NCBI GenBank assembly: GCA_964490105.1
Contig: CAZAZU010000001.1
Location: 155,440 to 219,439, forward strand
Direction of reading: 5' to 3'
DNA from: an uncultured Gammaproteobacteria bacterium
Lineage (GTDB): Bacteria; Patescibacteriota; Microgenomatia; Levybacterales; UBA12049
Length of the DNA: 64,000 bases
Both the position numbers and the translations under genes were made by a program. Below the pieces are notes generated by a model. It saw only the letters and a program-made list of their open reading frames with translations, ran no database searches and was not told the DNA's origin. Below, in pieces: positions 17,803 to 27,597 of this stretch. Numbering within the stretch: the stretch's first letter is position 1; each line of letters begins with the position of its first letter.

Positions 17803-18492
17803 TTAAAGTATTCCTTGAGCTTGCATTTTTCGTGCGCATCCTGGGAACTGCGTGAAGATGCTAGATCTTGTTAATAGTTTTTGAACTGCGCCAATTTGGA
17901 CTTCAAGTGGTGCTAAATCTGCTCTTTCGTAACCTGTTCCCATAGCATTCCAAGTTCCAATTGAAAACTGAAAAGCTCCATAGTATCCATTTCCGCTATT
18001 TCTTGTGGCTGTCATTCCTGATTCACAATTTCCTAAAAAGTTGATTTGTGCGTCATTTAGCGGACCACCTAAGGTTGTTGTTGAGGAAACTTGAGATAAA
18101 GCCTGTGTTGAGGTTTGACCAACTACTGGTGTTTGAGTCGGAAAAGGTAAAACGGTAATTATTTTAGCTTGTGCTTCAAGCTTTTCTTTTAAATCTGAGC
18201 TAAGTGTAGCTACTGATGCAGGTTTATTTTCGCTTAGCTTTAATTTCCAGTCTTTTTCAATCAGATTCGGATTTTCGATCCATGGATTCTCTGCCCAGAT
18301 ATTTACCCAATAATCTTTAGATCCATATTCTTTTTCTGCGATTATAGATATAGTGTCACCCTCTTTTACATAGTAGTCCCTCATCTCTTCTTTTACGATT
18401 GTTTGAGATGTAAATTGGGTAGAGGTATTTCCCGATGGATTTAAGAGTACTAATGAAAGCGCTAATACTCCCGAAAGAATATTTTGTTCCAT
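17803..18492 (-). CDS. LysM plus Rpf-like transglycosylase domain protein
   Basis: YYVKEGDT LysM; CESG...NSGNGYYGAFQFSIGTW...A...QI...FPGC. Confidence 0.85.
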   Translation of the reverse strand: MEQNILSGVLALSLVLLNPSGNTSTQFTSQTIVKEEMRDYYVKEGDTISIIAEKEYGSKDYWVNIWAENPWIENPNLIEKDWKLKLSENKPASVATLSSDLKEKLEAQAKIITVLPFPTQTPVVGQTSTQALSQVSSTTTLGGPLNDAQINFLGNCESGMTATRNSGNGYYGAFQFSIGTWNAMGTGYERADLAPLEVQIGAVQKLLTRSSIFTQFPGCARKMQAQGIL

Positions 18493-18604
18493 ATATTTTT
18501 AATGCCAACTATTACTAGTTGGCAAGAAGTGGCAATTCTACCAATAACAGGTCGTCAAGTCAAGCAATTCACGGCTTTAAAGGATGTGTTATAATAGATT
18601 TTTA

Positions 18605-19198
18605 ATGGAAAATCGAAAGATATTTTTTATACTAATTGCTTTTCTTGTAACTCTTTTCTCCGGATTGGTTTTTGTCGCTTCTCAGCAAATATTAAGACTT
18701 ACTGCAAACGATCCTCAGGTTCAAATAACTCAAGACATTTTAAATTCTTTGAGTCAGGGCGCAGATCCGAAACAGCTTTCACCTACTACAGTTGACATGA
18801 CAAAGGCCACAAACCCATTTGTGATAATTTATGATAATAACCAAAAAGCTGTTGGTACAACCGTTGAGCTTGATAAGAAAACTCCTGTTCCTCCAAAAGA
18901 AGCATTCGAAAAAACAAAGAATAATAATGAGAACAGGTTTACATGGGAGCCAAAAAAAGGATTAAGGCAGGCTACTATTATGGTTAAGTATAAAGACGGA
19001 TATGTTGTCGTAGGAAAGAGTCTAAGAGAAATTGATAACAGAATTAAAATGATGCTTCAGCTAGCTGGTGTTGCATGGGTCATGGGAATTGCTGCTACTT
19101 CTCTTGCATTTCTATTTACGAGAACAAAAAGTAAATCCGAAGTCCAGGAAGTAAAAGTTGCAGCTCCTAGAAAATCCGCAAGAAAAGCAAAGAAGTAA
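18605..19198 (+). CDS. Membrane protein with extracytoplasmic Cache-like domain
   Basis: Two TMs; ANDPQVQ, TWEPKKGLRQA, VVVGKSLRE. Confidence 0.65.
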   Translation: MENRKIFFILIAFLVTLFSGLVFVASQQILRLTANDPQVQITQDILNSLSQGADPKQLSPTTVDMTKATNPFVIIYDNNQKAVGTTVELDKKTPVPPKEAFEKTKNNNENRFTWEPKKGLRQATIMVKYKDGYVVVGKSLREIDNRIKMMLQLAGVAWVMGIAATSLAFLFTRTKSKSEVQEVKVAAPRKSARKAKK

Positions 19199-19199
19199 A

Positions 19200-19565
19200 T
19201 TAAATTAGAGACCCGTATTTTAAGACAAAATCTGCTGTTTGATTTGAGAGTGAAAGTTTTTGAAGGTCTTTTAATGTAAAGAAGTCTAGCAGCTGATCTT
19301 CCGCCCTTTTTATTTGATTAACATTCTCATCAGTTAATCGCGCGTGATAATACGTATCAGATAAGCATTCGACTTCTTGAATTTTTATTCCCATCTCCTT
19401 CTCTACTCGTTTTACGAGAGTATTTTTAATAGGTTCTTTGCTTTGTTTGTCCCCTGCTATAAACGACCACGCATCTTTTATTTCATCAATTGGACTGGTT
19501 TTCTTATACATTAGAAGAGCTTTGCCTTTATACGTGAGGAGAATTAAGCCTGAAGTTTTATCCAC
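19200..19565 (-). CDS. Degenerate NUDIX-fold protein
   Basis: WSFIAG....E......KRVEKEMGI, a divergent Nudix box. Confidence 0.6.
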   Translation of the reverse strand: MDKTSGLILLTYKGKALLMYKKTSPIDEIKDAWSFIAGDKQSKEPIKNTLVKRVEKEMGIKIQEVECLSDTYYHARLTDENVNQIKRAEDQLLDFFTLKDLQKLSLSNQTADFVLKYGSLI

Positions 19566-19626
19566 ATATCCATTATAGTCTTTTTTGAGGTGGAAAGGTT
19601 GAATAGAATTTTATGGATTTTTAAAT

Positions 19627-20292
19627 CTAGTTTTTTGTTAAATTTAACTCGGGTTTTATGAGCAGATACCCAATTATCCAGAATTCACCAATGGTAGCAA
19701 GCATAGGTAGTGTTTCTGTAACCGTTTTAAGGTTAGGAAGTAGAACCAATATAAACGTTGAGATAATATACCCGATTCCACCTAAAATTAAAATCCAACC
19801 TAACGATTTTGGCATCCCTGATTTATATGTAAGGTATCCCATCGGTATTAACCAAAGACCAAAAAATATTCCAGAAACCAGCCATATTGATTCGTGTAAG
19901 TTTAATAAATTATATGCTAAAACAGCTTGATTACCCGCTAAAGATGCATAGAGAGCGGACAGCCACATCGCTGAGGATATGAGTATAGCAATTGCATTTA
20001 TTATCCCAAAAACCGCGATAAGTCCTGAGGAAAAACCGTTAACTTTTTTAAATAGTTTATAAAACCAAACGGCAACTAATGCCTGAAAAATTACGAGAGC
20101 TAATTCTGTAGCTATACCCAAACGAGCCAGGCTTTCTTTTTCAAGTAAATTTGTACTTGTTGCGAGTGTGTTCCCGTCTACATAGATATTGCTTCTGGCA
20201 AACACAAAAACAAATAATCCAGTTAAAGCTAGGCCTAAATATAAAATTCCAGTTATTCTCGTGTCAGTAAAAAATTTAATAATGCTGGTCAC
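19627..20292 (-). CDS. Integral membrane protein (DUF4386-like)
   Basis: RITGILYL, FFGLWLIPMGYL, GEFWIIGYLL. Confidence 0.75.
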   Translation of the reverse strand: MTSIIKFFTDTRITGILYLGLALTGLFVFVFARSNIYVDGNTLATSTNLLEKESLARLGIATELALVIFQALVAVWFYKLFKKVNGFSSGLIAVFGIINAIAILISSAMWLSALYASLAGNQAVLAYNLLNLHESIWLVSGIFFGLWLIPMGYLTYKSGMPKSLGWILILGGIGYIISTFILVLLPNLKTVTETLPMLATIGEFWIIGYLLIKPELNLTKN

Positions 20293-20342
20293 CGATCTAA
20301 TTATAGCAGTTCATGCAATTCTGTAGCTTTAGTGAAAGATTG

Positions 20343-20413
20343 CTGCGGGACATGGACTCGAACCATGGTAAACGGATCCAAAGTCCGTTGTCCTACCATT
20401 AGACGATCCCGCA
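20343..20413 (-). tRNA. tRNA-Gln(TTG)
   Basis: ACGGA-CTTTGGA-TCCGT arm; U1-A72. Confidence 0.95.
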
Positions 20414-20496
20414 ATGGACTTAATTATACCTAAATCAGCCTCATTAAACAAGAAAACTACTTGACTAAAGTATTAAAGGACAATAGTATGAGGTTT

Positions 20497-20838
20497 ATGT
20501 TTTGGTCTGAATTTGCAGATATTCGTAGATGGGTTGGGAATGAACCACCGTCTAATTTACACGCCCGAGGAATAATTGAAGGTAAATTAATAGAGCCTTG
20601 GAATTATCCGATTACTGTTGAATATGATCCAAATGAACCTGCTGAACCTGTGCGCAGAGTTGTTACGAAGCAGGGCTTGGATGGAACAACCTCAAAACAT
20701 GCGTCAACGGGTGAATGTGGTAGGCTTGCGCCAGATGGTAGTACAACTATTATTGATTTTCATGGTGAACCTATGGCTGGAGATCCAGTCAGTCAAAATT
20801 TACGAGCTATTGATCATAGACAAGACCCAGGGCTGTAA
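20497..20838 (+). CDS. Orphan hypothetical protein between tRNAs
   Basis: TTGACT-17-TAGTAT-7-ATG(20497). Confidence 0.55.
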   Translation: MFWSEFADIRRWVGNEPPSNLHARGIIEGKLIEPWNYPITVEYDPNEPAEPVRRVVTKQGLDGTTSKHASTGECGRLAPDGSTTIIDFHGEPMAGDPVSQNLRAIDHRQDPGL

Positions 20839-20878
20839 GGTTTGTTTAGTGAATCCCCTTTTGTTAGAATATTCCCAA

Positions 20879-20961
20879 GCCGCGGTGGCGAAATGGTAGA
20901 CGCGCAGTGTTCAGAACGCTGTTCCTTCACAGGATTGGAAGTTCGAGTCTTCTCCGCGGTA
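20879..20961 (+). tRNA. tRNA-Leu(CAG)
   Basis: CAGTG-TTCAGAA-CGCTG arm, long variable arm. Confidence 0.93.
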
Positions 20962-21121
20962 CTTCGTCATGATTACGACTCGTGTCTTCGTCCCGATTTT
21001 ACCAGGACTTCGACTTTTCGTCGATCATTCCTCTTCAAAATCCTGCGGATTTGAGAAATTGCTTCGCAATTTAGATCGAGGACTTTTTTTCCAGCCTTGG
21101 GAATGATAAAATGACTTTTGC

Positions 21122-21204
21122 GCGGATGTGGTGAAATGGCATACACGCAGCCTTGAGGTGGCTGTGCCCTAAAAAGCGTGGAGGTTCGACTCCTCTCATC
21201 CGCA
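21122..21204 (+). tRNA. tRNA-Leu(GAG)
   Basis: CAGCC-TTGAGGT-GGCTG arm. Confidence 0.95.
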
Positions 21205-21291
21205 CAATTTACCTCTAATTATAATTTGCTTGCTTTGCAAAATTTAATACTGCATAATAACCCCAAGAAGTGCGGATAGGAGGTGATTAAT

Positions 21292-21765
21292 ATGGTTAAA
21301 AAAATATTTTATTCCACATTGGTATTAGCATTTGGGCTATCTATCATGTCAGTTACTCCTAGAAGTGCGTTTGCTACAAATTTTCCATCATGGCATTGGG
21401 AAAAACAAGCAATTAGTTCATATGTAACTATTGATATGCCAGTAGATGATAGATGCGATAATGCATCTCCAGCTTTTAGAGTCACAATTTTTGAAGGTGG
21501 AAATTATACAGGTGCTAGAGCAAGGCTATGTGGATATTGGGACGATTTGTCTCAACTCCCTCAATCTAAAGCAGCAAATGCACCCACTTTTAACAATAGT
21601 GTAAGTTCATATAAAGTTACTTATGTTCCAGGTGGATATGCTATTCAATTTAATTCACTTAAAGACCAGCAAGGAATAGCTTGGGTCAGAGGTGAAGGAA
21701 ATGTAAATGAAGCCGGTGGTGATGTAGACAATATTTTGTCCTCATTAAAAAGGATTAATCCTTAA
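21292..21765 (+). CDS. Secreted beta/gamma-crystallin domain protein
   Basis: Signal peptide; VTIFEGGNYTG...FNNSVSSYKV and DNILSSLK Greek-key motifs; SD AGGAGGTGA. Confidence 0.75.
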   Translation: MVKKIFYSTLVLAFGLSIMSVTPRSAFATNFPSWHWEKQAISSYVTIDMPVDDRCDNASPAFRVTIFEGGNYTGARARLCGYWDDLSQLPQSKAANAPTFNNSVSSYKVTYVPGGYAIQFNSLKDQQGIAWVRGEGNVNEAGGDVDNILSSLKRINP

Positions 21766-21773
21766 AAGAGTTT

Positions 21774-21819
21774 AAAAGAGTGGTGTTTTTAAATTGAATA
21801 ATTTAAGACCCACTCTTTT
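21774..21819 (+). terminator. Putative terminator hairpin
   Basis: AAAAGAGTGG...CCACTCTTTT inverted repeat. Confidence 0.6.
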
Positions 21820-21859
21820 AATTGATATTAGCTTCAGAATGAATTATAATTGGCTCATT

Positions 21860-21935
21860 GGACGGTTAGCTCAGCTGGTAGAGCGTCGCATTTACACTGC
21901 GAATGTCGCGAGTTCGATCCTTGCACCGTCCACCA
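21860..21935 (+). tRNA. tRNA-Val(TAC)
   Basis: TCGCA-TTTACAC-TGCGA arm; encoded CCA. Confidence 0.95.
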
Positions 21936-21936
21936 C

Positions 21937-22009
21937 GCTGAGGTAGCCAAGGTGGTCAAGGCACCTGTCTGAAGAACAGGCTATATGTGTTCGACTCACA
22001 TCCTCAGCA
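21937..22009 (+). tRNA. tRNA-Phe(GAA), G37 variant
   Basis: CCTGT-CTGAAGA-ACAGG arm; GCTGAGG/CCTCAGC acceptor. Confidence 0.9.
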
Positions 22010-22105
22010 CTGAAGAATTGTAAGTTTTTCTGCATAAGCATTTCATCCAAGCGTAACCCCCCCCTTTTTTTTTATATTATTAAAATTATCCCATAATATT
22101 ACCGC

Positions 22106-22134
22106 TTGACATATATTGATACTGTCTGTATAAT
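22106..22134 (+). promoter_or_regulatory. Consensus sigma70 promoter
   Basis: TTGACA-17-TATAAT upstream of the sortase substrate. Confidence 0.8.
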
Positions 22135-22172
22135 TCCGATTCACTTATAGTAAATCGCTATAAGACTGACAA

Positions 22173-23027
22173 ATGACAGAAACAAAACAGCTTTTATCAA
22201 TATTTGCAGGAACTACACTGGTAGCTTTTACGGCTTTCCAAACTGCATCTATGACTAGTGTTTCAGCTACTTATGGTGGCGGAGATAACTGTAATCAGGA
22301 AACAACTTATACAGTAGATGAAGACGATGAGTCACATTTGTCATTTTCAGAAACAAGTAACCGAGTAGATGTAGATTTTAATGGTAATAATGATGATAGA
22401 AATCAAGCAATTATTACAGCAGGGTCTGGTTATCAAATAATTACCGTTAGATATGATAATGAAACGAGTAATACTAATTGGATTAATTTTTCAGTTTCAA
22501 ATCCCGTCACGACTATAAATTTAGCTGGAACATCTGATACAACAAGAATCGATAAGGTAGAGGTAAAAGTTAAGAAAGTTTGTGCTACTCCAACTGTCAC
22601 TCCAACTGTTACACCAAGGCCAACTACAGCACCTACTCAAGCGCCAACAGCTATACCGACAGCAGTTCCTACCGTAGTACCAACTACAGCACCTACAGCC
22701 GTTCCAACTGCAGTGCCAACAAGTATCCCATCTATATCACCAGTTCCCACGAATATAATTGAACAGGATGTAAATCCAACTATAACAACTGCTCCAACAG
22801 CTACGCTTACACCAACCGTAACTCCTACTGATACTCCAAGTCAGGGTGGAACATCAAATAATAACAGCTCTTCAAACAATAATTCATCTAATAATGAAGT
22901 AAAAGTTGCTGGAATCAGCGCTTTAGCTTCAACTGGTGGAATAATTGATAGCTTAATGAACTCAGTGTTTGTATCAGGTCTTCTTACCTTTGCGTTTGGT
23001 TTAAAACGTCATGGTAAAAAAAGCTAA
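22173..23027 (+). CDS. Surface protein, probable sortase substrate
   Basis: Signal peptide, Pro/Thr repeats (PTAV/PTTA), LASTG plus hydrophobic segment plus KRHGKK tail. Confidence 0.8.
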   Translation: MTETKQLLSIFAGTTLVAFTAFQTASMTSVSATYGGGDNCNQETTYTVDEDDESHLSFSETSNRVDVDFNGNNDDRNQAIITAGSGYQIITVRYDNETSNTNWINFSVSNPVTTINLAGTSDTTRIDKVEVKVKKVCATPTVTPTVTPRPTTAPTQAPTAIPTAVPTVVPTTAPTAVPTAVPTSIPSISPVPTNIIEQDVNPTITTAPTATLTPTVTPTDTPSQGGTSNNNSSSNNNSSNNEVKVAGISALASTGGIIDSLMNSVFVSGLLTFAFGLKRHGKKS

Positions 23028-23568
23028 GCCTAAGAAAGGCAAAAGTCTCCTTCTTCCCCGTCTCATAATTGTCCTAGGAATACTCCTGATGATTTTTTCA
23101 ATATTCTGGAAAATTGATCAAGGCAGTCTTGGATTTAAGAATCAACCGACTCCAATTAGGCAGTTAAATCATGACAGTAAAAAACCTTTAAGCCTTAAAA
23201 TTACAAATGCCAAAATAAGTCTAAATATCGAAGAGAGCGAAATAGTGAATGGCAACTGGGAAGTAAGCAGGCACGGAGTATCTCATTTAAACACTTCTTC
23301 CATACCTGGAAACAGAGGAAATATTGTTATTTACGGCCACAATAAATCAAATATATTGGGTTCATTAGATTCTGTAGAAATTGGCGATGAAATAATAATT
23401 ACAACCAGAAATAATGAAAATCATAAATATGTGGTTAGATCTATTGAAGTGGTCTCCCCTTCTAGGGTAGATGTGATTAATCCTACAGAAATAGAAGTTT
23501 TAACAATTTATACGTGTACAGGATTTTTAGACTCAAAAAGACTTGTAGTGAAAGCAGAACCAGTTTAA
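23011..23568 (+). CDS. Sortase
   Basis: GNIVIYGH, LTIYTC, RLVV catalytic His-Cys-Arg. Confidence 0.92.
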   Translation: MVKKAKPKKGKSLLLPRLIIVLGILLMIFSIFWKIDQGSLGFKNQPTPIRQLNHDSKKPLSLKITNAKISLNIEESEIVNGNWEVSRHGVSHLNTSSIPGNRGNIVIYGHNKSNILGSLDSVEIGDEIIITTRNNENHKYVVRSIEVVSPSRVDVINPTEIEVLTIYTCTGFLDSKRLVVKAEPV

Positions 23569-23570
23569 CT

Positions 23571-24446
23571 ATGGTAGCGGATAGAGAAAAACCTCAGGAA
23601 TTAGATAGATTAATTAGCGCATATACTTCAAATGAAGGAGCTGGAATCACTAATGTTGAGCAGGGGCTGTGGGGGTCTCACCATGGTGAACTAGCAATCG
23701 CGGCAGTGGGATTAGCTAGAAGATTTAATGGATATGAATCACTCGATCCAGGACTCACTCGTGAAGTTTATGACGTTATTTCTGATCAGCCTATTTCTAG
23801 CGGTTATCCTCGTATTTATACTATGTTTCATGACTGCACGACATTAGAAGAAGTTAGGGCAAAGCTAGATGTTATGAAGAGACTTTCTCAGGGGCAACCA
23901 GTAAGACTTGAATCTGATGCATTTCCATTTAGAGCATTTGATTTTGGAGAAAGATATCCAGTTGATTTTAAGGAAGGAAGCTATGAGGCGCAGTGGGGTT
24001 TTGGAATTCAATTAAGTGATCGTAGCTATCCCTATGCAGGAAAAGAGCTTATGGCAGTAGAAGGAAGACTTCATACGCATACAAATGTTCTAAATATTCA
24101 AGGAGGCCGACATAAAGCTGATCTAGTCCAGGATTTTAAAGATAGATTTGGAATTCATCCAGCAAATTTACTGTTATTAATGTATTTAAGAATTGGGCAA
24201 ATTTTAGGACACGATAGAGTAGAGATTGCAGGTAAAACAGACAGAGAATATAACAGAAGAGAAGTTGAAAGCACCCTTTATGATATTCCTAGAAATTATT
24301 TTAGATTAAGAATTGATCCAGAGACAGGAAGATATCGATTTGACGGTGCTACTCGAGATAGAATTCTTGAAAAGTTTTTAGGGAAAGCGCCCTTTTTAGC
24401 GGAGGCTTTTGGAAAACTTGACGCTTATCTAGCTAGCTCTCGATGA
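23571..24446 (+). CDS. Hypothetical protein, C-terminal half resembles VirK/YbjX (DUF535)
   Basis: Likely start MVADREK; NIQGG...FGIHPANLLL...LG..V.I...YD pattern. Confidence 0.55.
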   Translation: MVADREKPQELDRLISAYTSNEGAGITNVEQGLWGSHHGELAIAAVGLARRFNGYESLDPGLTREVYDVISDQPISSGYPRIYTMFHDCTTLEEVRAKLDVMKRLSQGQPVRLESDAFPFRAFDFGERYPVDFKEGSYEAQWGFGIQLSDRSYPYAGKELMAVEGRLHTHTNVLNIQGGRHKADLVQDFKDRFGIHPANLLLLMYLRIGQILGHDRVEIAGKTDREYNRREVESTLYDIPRNYFRLRIDPETGRYRFDGATRDRILEKFLGKAPFLAEAFGKLDAYLASSR

Positions 24447-25716
24447 GGTCTGATTTTGGTTTTTCTCTGCGTGCAAGATATATAAACGGAAGTGCAGCCC
24501 ACTGAAATACTGAAGAAGTTAAATAAGACGCCGGATATCCATTATTATCCGCTACTTTTCCTAGTGCAGGCTGAATGCCAACTGCTCCGCCGGAGCCAAG
24601 TAAGGAGTCAAATGAAAGAACTGTCGCTCTTTGTTCACTTGGGATTAAACCATTGAGATAAGCTTGGCGTATCGGGCCAATCGCCGCGAATAATAAACCC
24701 CAAATAAAAATAAGTCCTATTGCGCCGTAAAAATTATCAACTTGTGATACCAGAACTAAAATAAGTCCTGTCAGGAAGGTTCCTAAGAAAATTGCTGAGG
24801 TTCTCTTTTTAAACAATTTTCTGATTCTTGAGGCCAATATACCACCAGCTATTTGTGAAAGTCCAGTGAGCGCAGCAATTATTCCGGCAATAGCGTAAGC
24901 TGTCTCATCACCATAAAGTTCAAGTAGAAAAGGCTGAAGTGCATAGAAAACATAAAAACTAACCCCGGTGGCAAATGGGGCTGTAAGCATGATCCAGCGA
25001 ACTGGTGGATTTTTTATACCAAGATCAATTGATTTATTAAAAATCTTTTTCATTTCATGAATTGGATTTTTTGGTCTAGAAGGAGTAAAACCCAAATCCT
25101 GCATGAGAACAAATGCCATCGCAAAATTAATCATTAAAACTGCAGATCTTAAGATATATGGAACTCCTAAATTTGAATATTGAGCAATAAGTCCTCCAGC
25201 AATTGCTCCGGTCAGCATAGCAGCGCCACCTACCATTTGCCCTTTTGCGAAAACGCTTTCTAAGCTTCCTTTGAAATTTGTAGCTTTAAGTGCATCCACA
25301 AGCCAAGCCTCAGTTGCGCCAGAAAAAAAAGTATAACCAAGACCAAGTATCATAGATGAAAGTGCCCATCCCCAGAAAGGACCCTGAATCTGCCACATAT
25401 ATAGGTATAAGACTGTAGAAATGGCCAGTGTTAAGGCTCCTAAGAGGTAGCTTAGGCGCCTTCCGTAGGTGTCAGCTATAATGCCAGTCGGAACCTCAAA
25501 AATGACATATCCTACAGAGTAAAATGCATTTGCTAGAAAAGCCTGGAAATTTGAAAGCCCAGCATTGAGCAAGAATATTGTGTTTATTCCCCATATAAAA
25601 CTCGTAGCTAAGGTATTGCCTCCAACTAAATATAAATAAATTGTTTGGATATTTGTTGGTTTTTTAAGAAGTTTTAACACTACTTCTTTAATATAGATTT
25701 TTTTTCTTTGTGTCAA
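24433..25716 (-). CDS. MFS transporter (start uncertain)
   Basis: FEVPTGIIADTYGRR motif; about 12 TMs. Confidence 0.92.
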   Translation of the reverse strand: MTQRKKIYIKEVVLKLLKKPTNIQTIYLYLVGGNTLATSFIWGINTIFLLNAGLSNFQAFLANAFYSVGYVIFEVPTGIIADTYGRRLSYLLGALTLAISTVLYLYMWQIQGPFWGWALSSMILGLGYTFFSGATEAWLVDALKATNFKGSLESVFAKGQMVGGAAMLTGAIAGGLIAQYSNLGVPYILRSAVLMINFAMAFVLMQDLGFTPSRPKNPIHEMKKIFNKSIDLGIKNPPVRWIMLTAPFATGVSFYVFYALQPFLLELYGDETAYAIAGIIAALTGLSQIAGGILASRIRKLFKKRTSAIFLGTFLTGLILVLVSQVDNFYGAIGLIFIWGLLFAAIGPIRQAYLNGLIPSEQRATVLSFDSLLGSGGAVGIQPALGKVADNNGYPASYLTSSVFQWAALPFIYLARREKPKSDLIES

Positions 25717-25754
25717 CGAGCAATTGAAATCTAGTGATATAATAGGTTTTCCAA

Positions 25755-26879
25755 ATGATTAATCCTGTAAGATCGGCGTTTGGTAAAAAATATTATCCTC
25801 TTAATGAAATAGAGATCTCCAAAACCGCGCTCCTTTATAACTATAAATACTTAAAAAAACTTTCCAAAGTACCAGTTGCTCCAGTTTTAAAAAGTAACGC
25901 ATATGGACATGGGATAGAAATAGTTGGAAAAATTTTAGATGCAGTTGCTCCCCCTCTAATTTGCGTTGACAGCATTTATGAAGCCTATCAGTTACTAAAT
26001 GCGAAAGTTAAAACCAAAGTTCTTGTAATGGGATATGTAGGCAGTGAAAATTTAAGTGTTAAAAAGCTCCCTTTTTCCTTCGCGGTTTACACTTATGAAA
26101 TGTTAGAGAATATTAAAAATTTTCAACCGAATGCGCCTGTGCATATTTTTGTAGACAGCGGAATGCACAGAGAGGGAGTGCCTATGGATGAGCTTTCAAA
26201 TTTTTTAAAGAAAGCAAAAAGTTTGAATTTAAATATGGAAGGAATCATGTCTCATTTTGCAAAACCGCAGTCCCCCTCAAATGTTAAGACTAAGAATCAA
26301 GTTGATAATTTCGAGAAAGCAATTGAGCTGGGAAAAACTTTCGGAATTAACTTTAAATTCATTCATTTATTTGCATCAAATGGCATAAGAAATATTGAAA
26401 ATTATAAAAGAGTTGATAATTTAACTAGGAGCGGAAAGGCGCTTTATGGAATTGACGTTGAGATAAACAGCAAAAAATTAAAACCCGTTCTAACTCTTAA
26501 CTCTACGATAGTACAAATTAAAAAACTAAATAAGGGAGAAGCGGTTGGCTATGATTTTATTTTTAAGGCACCTCGCGATATGATAACTGCTATTCTTCCG
26601 ATTGGATATAACGATGGAGTGAACAGGAGGCTTTCGAATAAAGGTTTTGTAAAAGTAAACGGAAAGTTCGCACAAATAATTGGAAGAGTTAGTATGAATA
26701 TTACTGTAATTGATGTGACAGATATTAAAGATGTTAGGGTTGGACAAAAAGTAAATATTTACTCAAATGATCCCATGGATAGAAATTGTGTTTATAATGT
26801 AGCAGAAATAACCGAAACTATCCCCTATGAAATTTTAACTCACTTAAATCCCTCGACAAAAAGGATCACAATTACTTAA
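25755..26879 (+). CDS. alr: Alanine racemase
   Basis: VLKSNAYGHG, DSGMHREG, GIMSHFA, IGYNDG, IPYEIL. Confidence 0.95.
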   Translation: MINPVRSAFGKKYYPLNEIEISKTALLYNYKYLKKLSKVPVAPVLKSNAYGHGIEIVGKILDAVAPPLICVDSIYEAYQLLNAKVKTKVLVMGYVGSENLSVKKLPFSFAVYTYEMLENIKNFQPNAPVHIFVDSGMHREGVPMDELSNFLKKAKSLNLNMEGIMSHFAKPQSPSNVKTKNQVDNFEKAIELGKTFGINFKFIHLFASNGIRNIENYKRVDNLTRSGKALYGIDVEINSKKLKPVLTLNSTIVQIKKLNKGEAVGYDFIFKAPRDMITAILPIGYNDGVNRRLSNKGFVKVNGKFAQIIGRVSMNITVIDVTDIKDVRVGQKVNIYSNDPMDRNCVYNVAEITETIPYEILTHLNPSTKRITIT

Positions 26880-27597
26880 CGGCATTTTTTAGTTGTTCTA
26901 TTTCATTTGGAGTTAGCGCTCTATAGTCTCCTTCCTTAAGACTCCCTATTTTTATCGGACCAAATTGTATGCGTTTGAGATCCGTCAATTCTAAAAAAAT
27001 AGCTTGGCACATTCTTCTAATTTGGCGATATCTGCCTTCAAAAATTTCCATTTCAAGATATGTAATTCTCTCTCTTTGTTTTACGAGTTTTACTTTTGCA
27101 GGCTGAGTAATTCCGTCAGTTAGAATTATTCCATTTCTTAGTTTATTCATTTTTTCTTCGCTCACATTCCCATTTATTGTAAGTAAATATTTTTTAGGAA
27201 CATGAAATTTAGGATGTGTTGATTTGTGAGTTAATTCTCCATCGTTTGTTAGAAGGATTAATCCATGAGTATCTTTATCAAGACGTCCAACAGGATAAAT
27301 TCTATGAGGAGTGTCGATTAGATCTGTAACATTTGTTCTGTCATATTCATCTGAGGAAGTTGAAATAATTCCTTTTGGTTTGTTAAGTAGAAAATAAACA
27401 GAGGAAGCTTTTTTAATTTTCTTATTATTAATTCTTACATCGTCGTAGTCTACGTCAATTCTGGTTCCGGATTCTCTAACTCTTTTTCCATTAACTGTAA
27501 CGTTTTCATTTTTTAGGAATTGTTTAATACCCCGACGTGATGCAATACCGTTATTTGCTAAAAACTTATCAAGTCTTTGTGTAATGTTTTCTTCCAC
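26872..27597 (-). CDS. rRNA pseudouridine synthase (RsuA/RluB family)
   Basis: S4 domain, LNKPKG, VGRLD, EGRYRQIRRM. Confidence 0.93.
   Translation of the reverse strand: MEENITQRLDKFLANNGIASRRGIKQFLKNENVTVNGKRVRESGTRIDVDYDDVRINNKKIKKASSVYFLLNKPKGIISTSSDEYDRTNVTDLIDTPHRIYPVGRLDKDTHGLILLTNDGELTHKSTHPKFHVPKKYLLTINGNVSEEKMNKLRNGIILTDGITQPAKVKLVKQRERITYLEMEIFEGRYRQIRRMCQAIFLELTDLKRIQFGPIKIGSLKEGDYRALTPNEIEQLKNAVK

Noticed and set aside
22057-22073. C8-T9 homopolymer run upstream of the sortase-substrate promoter
   Set aside because: It lies about 30 nt outside the -35 box, and a single sequence gives no evidence of phase variation.
22585-22835. Short tandem repeats
   Set aside because: These are degenerate 12-nt coding units for PTAV/PTVT linkers, not CRISPR. 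I saw no repeat-spacer array or cas gene in the window.
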